DNA of 59,449 nt. It comes from Amoebidium appalachense (Eukaryota; Protista; Ichthyosporea). The stretch spans positions 9,381,326-9,440,774 of the forward strand of contig CAVNZM010000010.1 in assembly GCA_963693365.1 (NCBI GenBank), read 5' to 3'. The notes below the pieces were generated by a model, which had not been told where the DNA came from, searched no databases, and saw only the letters and a program-made list of their open reading frames with translations. This document shows, piece by piece, positions 38,824-59,081 of the stretch. Positions within the stretch are counted from its first letter, which is position 1. Each line of letters opens with the position of its first letter. A program made the position numbers and the translations under genes.

Positions 38824-41800
38824 ATGTCGGAGAAACCTGCGTATCTCAACCTCACCCCCTGGAAAGGGGATGACACCACGGACAAGAAGTCCGGCAAACG
38901 TCTCACCTATTATGAGTGGGAACCCGTCATCTTCCGGTACCTACGTACCACCACCGCGGCCAAGTTAGTGCCCGTCATCAAGGCCCCCGAGTGGGTCGAC
39001 CCTTCCGACGAGAATGAGTGGCACGGCTACGACACTGAGGAGGCCTACACCGAGGCTTCCAACCTCCTTGAACAGATGTTTACTCAACTCGTCTCCAATG
39101 ATGAAATGTATAACTCTGGTCGAATCCACGATGATGTGTCACCTGCCCAAGCTTTCCACAACCTCCGTATGACCTATGCGGCTGAACGTGAAGATCGTGC
39201 TCGTCAAATCCTCCTCGACTACCATGAGCTTGAACTCAAAGACTTCAAGACCGTCACGGCCTACCTCACCATGGCACGCCGTCTGTGCACTACCCTGCAC
39301 ATCCTCGAAGAGCCCATTCCTCACAAGACTATGGTTGATAACTTCTTCATCCACCTCAAGAAGAACCGTAAGTTAGTTTGTACCGACATCCAGGCCATGA
39401 TTGCCGACTACTTCCGTCGTACCATTAACTACGAGACCTACAACCGTCTAATCAGTGACATCAGAGCTGCAGAGATCCGTGAAGGTCTCATCGACTCTGG
39501 GTCCGGGTCCTCCTCCACCGTCCGAACAGCACGTGCCCTGCAAAGCCGTGTACTCACCAAGGACGACCTCAGACACCGGATCCCCCGACGTGACAGCTCC
39601 GTCTCCCGTCACCCCCGCGGTCGTCCCACCGATCGATCCCCCTCAGTTGACCGTGATTACTCACGGTCCCGTTCCCCCGGCTATCGTTCCCGGTCACCTT
39701 ACCCCCCACGTAAAGGGGGTAACCGTCATTCCCAGCCACCCCGAGCCAAGACCACTGGCTCCCTCGACTGTGCCTACTGTCACGAAGACCATCATGTCAC
39801 ACAGTGTGACAAACCTGGCTGCTCAATTGCCCGTCGTCACCGTGCCAACACCAAGTCTGGAAAAGAGGTGCATTTTGCCCTCGTGTCCACCACGGCCTCC
39901 CTACCCATGGACCCCTGCTGGGACTCGGCTTCAAACGTCCACGTGTGCCCAGTAAAGGAGTACTTCTCTACTCTTGAGCCCTGCCCCCCGACTGACGTCC
40001 ACGGCCTCGGCATCGTCACTGCACATCACCGTGGTGTCATCAACCTGGCCGTCACCTACAACGGAGTAACATCAGTACTGAGCCTCAACACCCTCTATGT
40101 ACCCGACTCCCCAGCCTTCCTGATATCACCCTCAATGGCCTCCAAGTCGGGTCTCCTTGCCCACCTCGATGATGAGGATGCATTCCCATCATACCTCTAC
40201 ACTCGTGGTGGCAACATCGTGTGTTCACTCACAGGCACAGATGGACTGTACTTCATCACTGACTATGAGATACGTCCCTCCACCCCTCGGACCGTCACTG
40301 CTCTAGTAGCCAACGTCAAGGTCAACAATGATCCTCAGCTCTGGCACCACCGTCTCGGCCATCGTGCCCTGTCCACCCTCACCAAGATGGTGAGAGGTGA
40401 CCTCGTGACAGGCCTCCCCTCATCCCTCTCAGTGGCTGACACCACTGACTGCTTCGGTTGTGTCTCCGGCAAGACCACCAAGGCCCCATTCTCCGGCACC
40501 AGAACCCAGTGCCCCTTCCCCGGTGCCAAGTGGCACATGGACTTCTTCGAGCCTCCCTGTGCCTCCTATGGTGGCTACAAGGTGGCCCTCGTGTGTACCT
40601 GTGATGCATCCGGCTACACCATCGTGTACCTCCTCCGTGATCGATCCGAAACTCTCGAATACGTCAAGGCCCTGGTTGAGACTACTGACAAGCAACCCGA
40701 CAAGGTGGTGACCCACTTCCGTTCAGACTCTGGGTCCGAGTTCACCTCCCACGCTATGGAGCAGTACTGCCAGTCCAAGGGCATCATTCAGGAATTTGCC
40801 CCGGTTGACTGCCCCCAACTCAACGGCTTCGTTGAACGTAAGATGAGGGATCTGCAGGAGATCGTTCGGTGCTTCCTTCATCAGGACAAGGCCGACTCCC
40901 TTTCCCCCAAGCTGTGGGGAGCTGCTCTCAAGCATGCTGCCTACATCATCAACGTGACCCCGGCCAGAGCTGCCAATGGCCGTACACCGTTTGACATTTT
41001 CTACGGTGTCAAGCCTGACATCTCCCACCTGCACGTGTTCGGCTGCCCAGCCTATGTACACGTCCCTGCATCCAAACGAGACAAGTTGGCCTCTACCGTC
41101 AAACTCGGCACCTACGTGGGCTGGGATATCACCAACAAAGCCCACAAGATCATGAATCTACGTGGCAACACGGTCAACCTCTACCGCGATGTCGTCTTCG
41201 ACGAATCACAATTCACCACGGCATCCAATCAGATTTCTGTGCAGGCCACCAATCAGACGACCTCAATCGATTCATCTCTGCATTCCGGAAATTCCAATTC
41301 CGATGACGATGAAATTCCGTCGGTGATTATCCGTCGTTCCCCCCGTCGTGTACCTGCCCCCGTGGCTCCACCCACCCCCCCCCCCCCACCGGCCAGCAAC
41401 CCCTGCTGCCGGCCCCTGCCGTCAATGACCACGTACCTGGTCATCTCACCCCGGTTCGTCCTGGGTCTCCGGAGTTCCACTCGGCCCCGTCCAGCCCCGT
41501 GTTATCCGACTCCCCCCTCAACACGGCACCCATCCCTGGCTTCCAGGCCCCCATCCCCGACCACCGAGTGTCTGTCCCAGACACCCCCCCGGCCCCTGAG
41601 CCACTCCGTACCGTCCCCCGTCGTTCCTCCCGTCTCTCCTCCCGGCCTGCCATGGCTATGGTGAGCATCTCCCTGTTGGAGTGCAGACTTACGCTCACTC
41701 CACAATATGTGTATGTTAGCTTTACAATTGGTTCCGTGTACACAGACACACGCTGACACTCGATCACCACATGCACATCTGCATAGTTGAGGAATGTTGC

Positions 41801-44214
41801 CAATTGTGTTTTGACTGCAAACGATTGGTTCACTGGTCCCAGAGACATGGAGTGGTCAGCGCCCAAGCGCGCCACGACGACCCTAGTCACAGCGGACTCT
41901 ACTTCCAACAGGGTTATGGGCCCAGACACGACACCGCGGCCTCTAACTTCACGTCCCCTACGACGCCTTGAACGGAGGAGCCAGAAACCGACTTCTAGGC
42001 TGTACCCTACACCCGCGAGCGTATTTCCGTGAAGTAGAGACTTTCGCTTCCACAAACTCCATCCGCAGCAGCCTGCGACATCAATGTGAACGTCAAGTAT
42101 TCCACTTCATTGGCGGGGCACGCACCACAGTGGAATGCACACCCCGGTCTACCCTGCAAGCAGCCACACTCACTCTCTCTTCTCTAGTGGTGTGTACACT
42201 TCTCCAATTGGGTAGGGGTGTTGGAGTGCAGACTTACGCTCACTCCACAATATGTGTATGTTAGCTTTACAATTGGTTCCGTGTACACAGACACACGCTG
42301 ACACTCGATCACCACATGCACATCTGCATAGTTGAGGAATGTTGCCAATTGTGTTTTGACTGCAAACGATTGGTTCACTGGTCCCAGAGATCTCTAAATG
42401 AAAGTAACCAATCCGATTAGCGCCTGGCATCCGGATTACATTCCAGACTGCTGCCCCACGGGTATATAAGCCACGGCTCTGCCAGGTGCAGAAATGGAGT
42501 TCAGTAATGGAGTTCAGTCATGGAGTTCAGTCATGGAGTTCAGTCATGGAGTTAACACACTGAAAGCAGTAAAAAACGGGTCAGCGCCCAAGCGCGCCAC
42601 GACGACCCTAGTCACAGCGGACTCTACTTCCAACACTCCCGACCCAGCCTTGATGTGTCTCAGCTGCCCCGGTCAATTCAGAAGCTGTGCTCTGGCACCA
42701 AGGGTGATGAAGTGGTGACTGCCCTCACTGCCGAGTACAAGGCTTTCATCGACAAGGACATCTTCGACGTAGTTGAGCCCCCCTCCGATGCCAACATCAT
42801 CCGATTCAAGTGGATTGTCACGGAGAAGGTCCTCAACTCTGCTGGTGACACCAAGATCAAGGGTCGTGGTGTGGCCAAGGGTTTCACCCAAGTCTACGGT
42901 GTTGACTACGGTGAAGACTCTTCCCCCGTCGTCATGTCCTCCTCCGTCCGTGCCCTGCTTGCCCTCGGTGTGCAACAGGACCACGAGATCCATCAACTCG
43001 ACATCAGCACGGCCTTCCTCAACAGCCCCCTCGACGAGACTTTGTACATGGAGCAACCTCCTGGTTTTATCCTCCCTGGCAATGAACACAAAGTCTGGAA
43101 ACTCAAGAAGGCCCTCTACGGACTCAAGCAGGCATCCCTGGCATGGTACGAGTTCTTCAACTCCATTCTCATTGCCCACGGCCTCACCCGTCTCCGTTCC
43201 GATCCGTGTGTCTACTTCCGTCAGTTCCCCAACGGGCACATCATCCGTTCGGGCAACTACGTTGATGATGCCATCATCACCTGCACACGGAACTCCACCA
43301 TCATGCAGGGGCTTGTTCGTCACATCACGAAGTCTGCCGAGTGCAAGGTCGGTCTGCCAGACATCTTCCTCGGCACCCAACTGCTGTACACCCGTGACTC
43401 ACTCAAGCTGCTGCAGTCCTCCTACATCAAGGACATCATCACCGACTTCAACCTGGTCGATGCCAAGCCTAAGGCCACCCCTATTCCCGTGGGCACCATC
43501 ATCAACGAGACCTCCCTCTCATCCCTGCCCACCACCGTCCCCTACCGTGAACTCCTCGGCCGTCTGCTGTGGGTTGCTCGGTGCTCCCGGCCTGACATAT
43601 CGTATGCCTTTGGCTACCTCGGCCGATTCAGCTCCAAGCCCACCAAGACTGCCTGGGAGCTTCTCCTCCGTGTCGTTCGTTACCTGCTCGGCACCATCAA
43701 CCTCGGCCTCTACTACAAGAAGAAGGCCCCCAACAGCAAGGTGCCCATCCTTGAGTGCTACTCGGATTCTGACTTTGCTGGTTGCCCCACCACCGGTCGT
43801 TCCACGTCTGGGTACGTCATCCTCCTCGAAGGCTCCCCCGTCACCTACCACTCCAAGCTGCAGACGATCACTGCAACTTCCACGTGTGAGGCCGAGCTCC
43901 TGGCCCTCAATGCTGCAGTGCAAGATGTTGTCTGGCACCGTGATCTACTCAAGGAGCTAGGCTACCCCATGACCGAGCCCACCCCCGTGTACTGTGACAA
44001 TCAGTCCACCATTGCTCTGGTCCACTCCAACACCATCAAGCACCGGACCAAGCACATTGCCGTTCGTTACTTCAACACCAAGGACTACATCAACAGTGGG
44101 GACGTCACTGTCACCTACGTCGACACCAAGAAGAACCTGGCCGACATCTTCACCAAGCCTCTGGCTGGTCCGGCCCACGACACACACCGTGCCAACCTCA
44201 GTCTCCGTGACTGA
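38824..44214 (+). CDS. Copia gag-pol polyprotein interrupted by TRIM at 41674-42635
   Basis: CAYCHEDHHVTQC, WDSASN, WHHRLGH, RSDSGSEF, YVDD, YSDSDFA, NLADIFTK; clearly paralogous to Copia-1. Confidence 0.92.
41674..42635 (+). mobile_element. non-autonomous miniature LTR element (TRIM), Copia-type priming site
   Basis: TSD CTCCC (41669-41673, 42636-42640), LTRs 41674-41910 and 42219-42635 (TGTTGGA..TCCAACA), PBS GGTTATGGGCCCAG, PPT GGGTAGGGG, 308-bp interior with no retroelement motifs. Confidence 0.92.
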
Positions 44215-44930
44215 CCCGTGCACTGGTATTAATCATCGAGTGGTTTCTGAGTAGGTTGGGGCCCTGGACAGCAGTTGACACACCTACGGTGATCAAGATG
44301 CCTCCCAACGAAAGTCTACTACTCCTCATCGTTTCTCTTCATCAGTGGGGACTCAGCCTTACATCGTCATATGTGTGCATCTTCAGTGGGGATTATTCTC
44401 CACCATCCGTCGTTTATTTATATTCATATCCCACCATATATATTGGTTTTCTTCTATATTCGACTTATATATATGTCGAACTGGGATGGCATCCCAGTAT
44501 AAATAATTATCTATAGCCATGGCGTGCTGGTTGACTGCCAGTCTAAACCTAGTCCACGGGATGCACCTTCCCCGTGTCTTAACTGGTTGACCACCAGTCT
44601 ATAAATCAGTCCACAAGATGTTCATGCCTTGTGTTTACCTGGGTGGTCCCCAGTATAAACCATTAGCCACCAACACGTCACACATACACTAGTGTTTCCT
44701 CTATATATATATATCGACGATAACCACCATGATTTATTGTTCCGAGTCTTCAGAGGCAACCGTCGTTGTGTGCCTCTTCAGTTTTGATTCTCTCCTTCCC
44801 ACCTCAAGGATCTTCGGTTTGCATCCTCGAGTGGGGAAACTTGAGTGTGACGGGCCCTCCTGTGTTTGGACCTCATCTACCGTCACATCAACAGACACGA
44901 GAACACAAACTTCAACCCCTTGAGTGGGGA

Positions 44931-45022
44931 TGTTGGAATACGTCACCATGTATGACAGCAAGAGCCTTGAAGTATGTATGTGTCCTAGCTTGTTTGTATT
45001 CGTGTCTGCTTTCCTCCTTTGT

Positions 45023-45086
<64 letters not shown>

Positions 45087-45832
45087 CCCCCCCCCCCCCC
45101 CGTATCTCTCTCTCCCTTGTTTCTGTGGGCACAGATATCGGTAGATCTGTGCACACCTGGCTCTCTTGCCTGATAAGAACTTATTGTGTTTTTATTTCTG
45201 TTTGCTCTCCTCTGTTTATCTGAGAGGTAGCGTGATTGGCTAGCCTCACTCGTTGTCTTTCCTTTATTTCAAAATGGCTTAGTTTTGTTCTCAAAAGGAT
45301 GGCTCGCCAATAGTCGCGAGCGAGTACATCTGTAGATTGTGTTGTGCATTCCTGTCTGTTAATATATGTGTGTTGTGATTGGACAATAGATATATATGGA
45401 ATTCGGTTTATTGCAAAGTGTCTTCACTTTGAGAGTGTCGACTGTTAGGAAATATATGTATTTAAATAAGTTTCTTTATAGAGACGAACATAAATATATA
45501 TGTGAATTAATAGTGAATAGATGTATAATTACTTAATTTATTTAAGTAAGAGTTTCTACACTTTAGTTTAATCGGAAGTTGGAATGCGTATGCTCTGTCG
45601 GAATGTGTTTTTCTATCTTCTGATAGAACCGATTGGTTCTCCCTCTTTAATTGTGATAAGGTGATAAGTCGCAAGTACAAAAGGAACCGAGAGCACAATA
45701 AAGATTCAGTTGTTGTTTGAAATCTTTTCAATGTCTCGTGAACAACTCCGATTGCCCTCTCATTAATGTGTTAGTCGTGTTTTACATGACACCTCTGTGC
45801 ACTCTGCTCCCTTAGACCCGTACAAAACAACA
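44931..45832 (+). repeat. Copia-2 3' LTR
   Basis: Copy of 37811-38705 with a few substitutions and repeat-length changes. Confidence 0.94.
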
Positions 45833-46335
45833 GCAAGAGTGCGCCTTCAACATGCTGGTGTTTCGGTGGGTGTGCTCGAAGGTGGGTGTTACGCTTGCCG
45901 ACGACAAAGTGCAGCTGCCCTCACACACGCTCATCTACTCTGGGCTCGAGTGGGACACTCTGCGCATGGAGGCCCGCTTACCTGCCGTCAAGCTGACCGA
46001 GCTCTGGGCCCTGCTAGCCGATTGGCGGGGTCGCACCAAGGCCACTGTTCGAGACCTACGGTCCCTGTGCGGCAAGCTCATGTGGTGTGCTCAGGTTGTG
46101 GCGCTGGGGCGTGCCCGTGCCTTTCTTCAACGCTTGCTTCATCTGCTGGCGGAGGCTGAGAGGGCCGGCCTAGGGCCCCACCACCACATCCGTGTCTGCG
46201 CCGACGCACGAGCCGACGTTGTGCTGTGGTCGGAGTTCCTCCCCGAGTGGAACGGCATACGTGTGCTTACCCCCCCCGTGCATCACATGTTCACCACAGA
46301 TGCGGCCGGCAGCATAGGATGCGGTGGCTACTGGG
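45833..46335 (+). pseudogene. fragment of a second DIRS/Ngaro-type RT-RNase H
   Basis: GLEWDTLRMEARLP...VRDLRSLCGKLMWCAQVV...FLPEWNG...TDAAGSIGCGGYW is homologous to 20736-22202 but diverged; truncated at a G-run. Confidence 0.85.
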
Positions 46336-46350
46336 GGGGGGGGGGGGGGT

Positions 46351-46785
46351 TTGAATGCGTCAAAAAGTACGAAGTACACAAGAACAAACGGATAACACGA
46401 TGCAGAATGCAAGCCATACATAAAGAGTATGCATAATAAGCAGAGCCCATCCTCAGGGGGGGCCCACGTCATCCACAGTACCCGAGTTTCGACCTATTCC
46501 CCTCGTTAACAAAACCCAACTCAGATACTGTTTCACTTGAACATGAGTAGGTCACCCGTCTTGATCAGAGACGAGCAGGGTTGCTTATGCAGGCAAGGGC
46601 AGTGGGAAAGGCCGGGGAGGGGGAGAGGGAGAGGGAGAGGGAAAGAGAGAGAGAGAAAGAGGGAGAGAGAGAGAGAAAGAGGGGGGTTTTGAATGCGTCA
46701 TAAAGTACGAAGTACACATAAACGAAGGGCAACACGATGCAGAGAACAAACCATACATAAAAGAGTATGCATAATAAGCAGAGCC
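46351..46785. repeat. diverged ~97-bp direct repeat pair (46351-46447, 46689-46785)
   Basis: TTGAATGCGTCA.AAAGTACGAAGTACACA...AGAGTATGCATAATAAGCAGAGCC occurs twice, each after a G-run. Confidence 0.8.
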
Positions 46786-46789
46786 AGAG

Positions 46790-46828
<39 letters not shown>

Positions 46829-47299
46829 GAAGAGAGAGAGACGAACAACACACGCTTCCAGTTGGAGGTAGAGTGAAAAAGGATGGGAGATGTGAGAGAC
46901 GTACGGAGAGAGAAAAAGGGATTGATAAAGATAGGGGAAAGGGGAAATGAGTTTACATGTATAAAGAGTAAGCGAAAAGAGACGAAGGTGAGATGGAGGG
47001 GGCTACAGGGTCAAAAAAGCAATAAAGATGTGAAGGGGATGTGTGTGTGTGTGTCGCAGTGTGTTTGTGCCTGCAACAACAATGAAGATACGGGAGGGAG
47101 GAGGCAGAGGAAGTGTACGAATGGGGGGGGGGGGGGGGAAGAGGCGGGCAATACGACTTGATACATGTTCACCTGGAGTTAGTGTGGAAAAAAGGAGTGA
47201 CGGGGGGCTCAGGGAAATGGTTGAAAAAGACGGGGAGTAGCAGGCAAATGCTCCTACGGAAATAGAGAGGGGAAAACGGAGGATGAAGGGGGAGGGAGG

Positions 47300-49580
<2,281 letters not shown>

Positions 49581-51061
49581 AACAGAACCCCTGGGTACTG
49601 TTGTGCAAGTGATGCCCATAATGTAGGTTTGAAAACATCAAGATGATGCTGGTGATGCTTAAATCACAACAGCGTGATAAGCTCCACAGAAAGTGGTGGT
49701 GGGTTGGAACCAGGGTTTCAAGCTCCTGAAACAAATCGTGTGACACTTGGGAACATAGTTGCGAACAAAAAGCAAATTTCCTAAACACTGCAGCTGACCC
49801 CACGACTACTTATAAGCAAAGCCAAATGAAAACATCCGGTAACTGTGGACAGCTACAGTACTGTACGTTCTCTTTCAAAAAACCTCCTAACCTCCCTCGT
49901 TTATTCTTCTACGCACCCCTCTCTTTCTCCGTTCTTTTTTGTTTTGTTATCGACGTACGTGTTAACTGTAAGACAGGAAACCTATATAAGCACATACCAG
50001 CCACCAGATCCAGACAGGCGTGGTGTACTAATAGGTCGTGTCGAAGAGAGACCCAGGCCCCACGTAGCACTAGTCCAAGCACCTGCATTTCAGGCTGGCA
50101 AAAAAGAAGATAGCCTTAACAGTTCAAAGTAACGATGATTCTGTTCCCCAAAACAAAGTTTGCCGCGAGAGTACGTCAACGGTTTGTGTTCTGCGGCCGC
50201 AGGACTACGGCACCCCGTAAGAATGGTGACATAATAACATCCAATCACATCACATGGTGATCTCTCACTTTCTCATTCTGACCACTTGCAAAAAACGATT
50301 GGCTAGATAATTATTATGCGGATAAAATGTAAGCCTGAAAGTTCGTATTTCGGCGCTTACTTCCGAAAAGCATAGCAAACGGAAGCCAGATTTGTTGGCA
50401 TGGATCAGACGGAATTTATACCCTGGCGGCTAGCCGAGTTTTGCAGATTTACCACGACTGAACATGCCCAGGGTGGTGCAACTTTTTGGGGGCTTTTCTG
50501 TTTTTGCCACTGAAGTTTTCCGTACATTTTTCGAGACGCCCCATGGTGACCTCCAAAGCCTCAGTCATCGGATCCGAATAGGAAAAAGCAACATCATAGC
50601 TGAAAGAGGGTTCGCCAGGAAAACTTTCAGGTAACAGTCAATAGAAACTGTTGTAAAACTGACAAAGCAGAAAAACTGAGGCCCAAGGGTGGCCGTTTTC
50701 CTAAACGCTACAGGAGGGGTATGAACTTCTTCGGAATTCCGCGCGGGCTTTTCCGTTTTGGGGGAATGCTTCGAAATTTCAGTATTTTTCAGCAAATACG
50801 GCCATGAGCCCAGCCCTGTCAGTGACTAAAAAAAAAAAAAACGTAAAAAATAAAAAAGAAGAACTTTCAAAAGAGAAACTAAAAAAATATATAGTACTGC
50901 GCAGCTAGCGCACTGACCTTGCGACCCGGCAGCCCTGGTGGTGACCTAGGCCCGCACAAAATTATATAACCGGGCGCCGAGCGCGCTCGACTCGGAGTAA
51001 TACACAGATGTACACCCCTCCTCCCCCCCCCCCCCCCCCCCCCCCCCCCCTCTCCCTCCCC

Positions 51062-56382
<5,321 letters not shown>

Positions 56383-56462
56383 GTAGTGTACGCAGCTACC
56401 CCATTGGGTGGGCTGCACCGGAGGGCACTGTGGCTGCAGTTTTGATTAGGGGAGGGGGTTAG
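56383..56462 (+). pseudogene. last ~26 codons of pPolB (inverted copy)
   Basis: VRSYPIGWAAPEGTVAAVLIRGGG-stop; matches 14832-14911. Confidence 0.85.
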
Positions 56463-56922
56463 TTAGAGCATGCGGACCATACGTAGTCTAAGCACCTGAA
56501 GTTACATTAGAGTAAATTTGAAAATTATATGAGGTGTCTGTTAACTTAGCTTTGAAAGATAGAAAGATGGGGTACCATGTGCACGGGCAGGGGGGTCAGA
56601 AGATGAACTTGAAGAAAAAGAGTGTGTTTTTAGGTATACACCATGTGCACCGTGTGCACGAGGGGAACAGCCATTAAAATCAGGACTTAATGCAAACACA
56701 AACACAAACGTGTCGTTCAGCAGACCACCACATGCAGGCACAGGTAGAAACAACACCAACACCACCACCGTACATGCATACAAGGGTGGGAGGCTTGCCA
56801 GAAAGAGCAGGCACCAAAACATATAAAAGGCGCACACACATGTACACAAACACTTCACTTTTTGCAACACCCGTAGACCACACACACACACACACACACA
56901 CACGTAAAAAATTAAAATTAAA

Positions 56923-57719
56923 ATGGACGAGGACACACTGCTAAGTATGGTGGCCGACACCACAGACCCTGAGAAGCTGCTAGACTTGTGCCCCTTCCTC
57001 TATGACATGTACTGCAACACCACCACCACACAACCAAAACCACAGCCACCGTGTGCATGTTGGTGGGCATCCTGCAAGGAGAGGGAGACGTGCACGGGGG
57101 AACACGACGAATACGAGCACGACGGAGGGGACCAGGAGTACGTGTACGAGGAGGGGGGGAGGGAGGGGGAGGGGGAGGAGGAGGAGGAGGACTGGGTGTA
57201 CGACGGGAGGGGGTGGGAGGGGAGTGACGGTGAGGGGAGGAAGACGTACGAGGGATGCACGGCCTTCTGGGACAGAAAGAGGTCTCAGCCGTACAGGCAC
57301 ATTAACCACTTCAAGCAGCTGCTGCAGTCGGTGCAAGGGCTGAATGCGTCTATGGGGGACATGCAGGAGGGGGTGGTGGCAGCATTCAGGGGCGTGCAAC
57401 ACAGAGAGAGTGCAGACCAGGCAAGGAGGGTGTTGAGGCAGAACAAGCTCACACGGCACTACGTGCACGTACCTTATATCATGAACAGACAGTGTACGGG
57501 CACCCCCTCCCTAGGTTCACGTGCGAGCAGTTGGAGTTGCTGACGGGCATGTTTAAGTTTTCCTTGTCGTGGCACCGCCGGTACAAGGACGAGGCAAGGA
57601 AGAACTTTGTGGGGTACCCCTTCCTACTGGTGAAAATGGTAGGGTTAGTGAGTGGCATGGACGCAGAGGTGGTGGCCAGGCTGGTGCCTGCCGTCAAAAG
57701 CACGGGGGCCCGGCGTTAG
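56923..57719 (+). pseudogene. VLTF3-like gene, second copy with the same frameshift
   Basis: Near-identical to 13572-14368. Confidence 0.8.
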
Positions 57720-57745
57720 TAGTAAACTAACGCCGGGCCCCCGTG
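57701..57745 (+). other. perfect 20-bp hairpin overlapping the VLTF3-like stop codon
   Basis: CACGGGGGCCCGGCGTTAGT-AGTAA-ACTAACGCCGGGCCCCCGTG. Confidence 0.85.
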
Positions 57746-58210
57746 GCCCCCCGGTAAACTAACGCCGGGCCCCCGTGGCCCCCTGGTAAACTAACGCCGG
57801 GCCCCCGTGGCCCCCCGGTAAACTAACGCCGGGCCCCCGTGGCCCCCCGGGCCTCCGTGGGTGGGGGGGCCCCCGGTCCCCGGGGCCCCCGGGCCTCCCT
57901 GGGTGGGGGGGCCCCCGGTCTCCGGGGCCCCCGGGCCTGGCGGCCCAATAGGGCCTTCGGCCCGACCCGAAAAACCCTTACACCAGTCCCCCCAAACTGT
58001 TCAACTAGGGGGAGCAGTCCAAAATTACGGGATTGGGACTTCTTGATTGGACAACCGCGATCGCATCGGCTTTTATTGGTAATAAGATCGGATTGCCTCG
58101 AATCCGATGACGCAGCCACATTTAGTGCTAACGTTGACCCGCCCATTGCACAGTAGTGTGTAACTGATCGACGGTAGTCTTTTCAAAGCACTAACTACAT
58201 CTTTGGAAGA

Positions 58211-59081
58211 ATGGCTGTCTCCTTGCTTATGCGACCGCGCATTCTTTTTGCGCCACGCCGCATGCACGATCAGTAGTGTGAGTACTGTGGCCTCATGGCG
58301 CACACGTGCCCTTAGTACCCTGACTACCTCTGATCCTTCATCAGTTGAGTTCTGGCGGCGGTTGTATTTCGAGAAGGACGCAGCTGTTAGCCAGGCGTTG
58401 GCTGCGAAGGACGCAGCTGTTAGCCAGGCGTTGGCTGCGAAGGACGCGAAGGACGCAGCTGTTAGCCAGGCGTTGGCTGCGAAGGACGCAGCTCTTAGCC
58501 AGGCGTTGGCTGCGAAGGCTGAAGTTGTGGCTATTACAGAGGCTGCGAAGGCTGAAGTTGTGGCTATTACAGTGGCTGCGAAGGATGAAGTTGTGGCTGC
58601 GAAGGATGAAGTTGTGGCTGCGAAGGATGAAGTTGGGGCTGCGAAGGACAGAGTCAACACCCTCGAGAACCAGCTGAGAAACTCCAAGTTGCAAGAACAG
58701 AAGCTCTCGGTGCGTTTTGTGCTCGAGGTCATTGCTGATGAACAGAGGGCGAGAATGCGGATAACCCAGGGAGAATCTGCAGCGCAAAAAAAAATTACAA
58801 CAACCGAGGCACTAAACGACTTCGCCCGTAGTCGGGAATTTCTGAGCGAGGTTGCCAAAGCTATCCCTACCGAAGAGAAACGCAAGATTGTCATCAGCGC
58901 TTTCAAGAACCTTATGGCGTTTTCGTCCATGCACCATCACCAGTTCCTTGAAGTTTTAGCAATTCCCGATCCCGACGGCGTGTTTCACACTGAAGAGCAA
59001 CGCATCAGCTTTGAATGCGCTTGCCGAGCTGCAGGGATCAACCAGCAACTTGTTGACGACGTCGTGCCGAAGGATGTCTAG
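58211..59081 (+). pseudogene. heptad-repeat coiled-coil protein, second copy (frameshift in T-run ~58245; more repeat units)
   Basis: Paralog of 12262-13073. Confidence 0.6.

Larger units (their letters stand above)
37811..45832 (+). mobile_element. Ty1/Copia LTR retrotransposon 2 (with TRIM insertion; flanks mismatched)
   Basis: LTRs 37811-38705 and 44931-45832, PBS GGTTAAAGGCCCA, PPT GAGTGGGGA. Confidence 0.94.

Noticed and set aside
50469-50818. hAT-like MITE (CAGGGTGGTGC ... GCCCAGCCCTG)
   Set aside because: Termini only loosely match and there is no 8-bp TSD.
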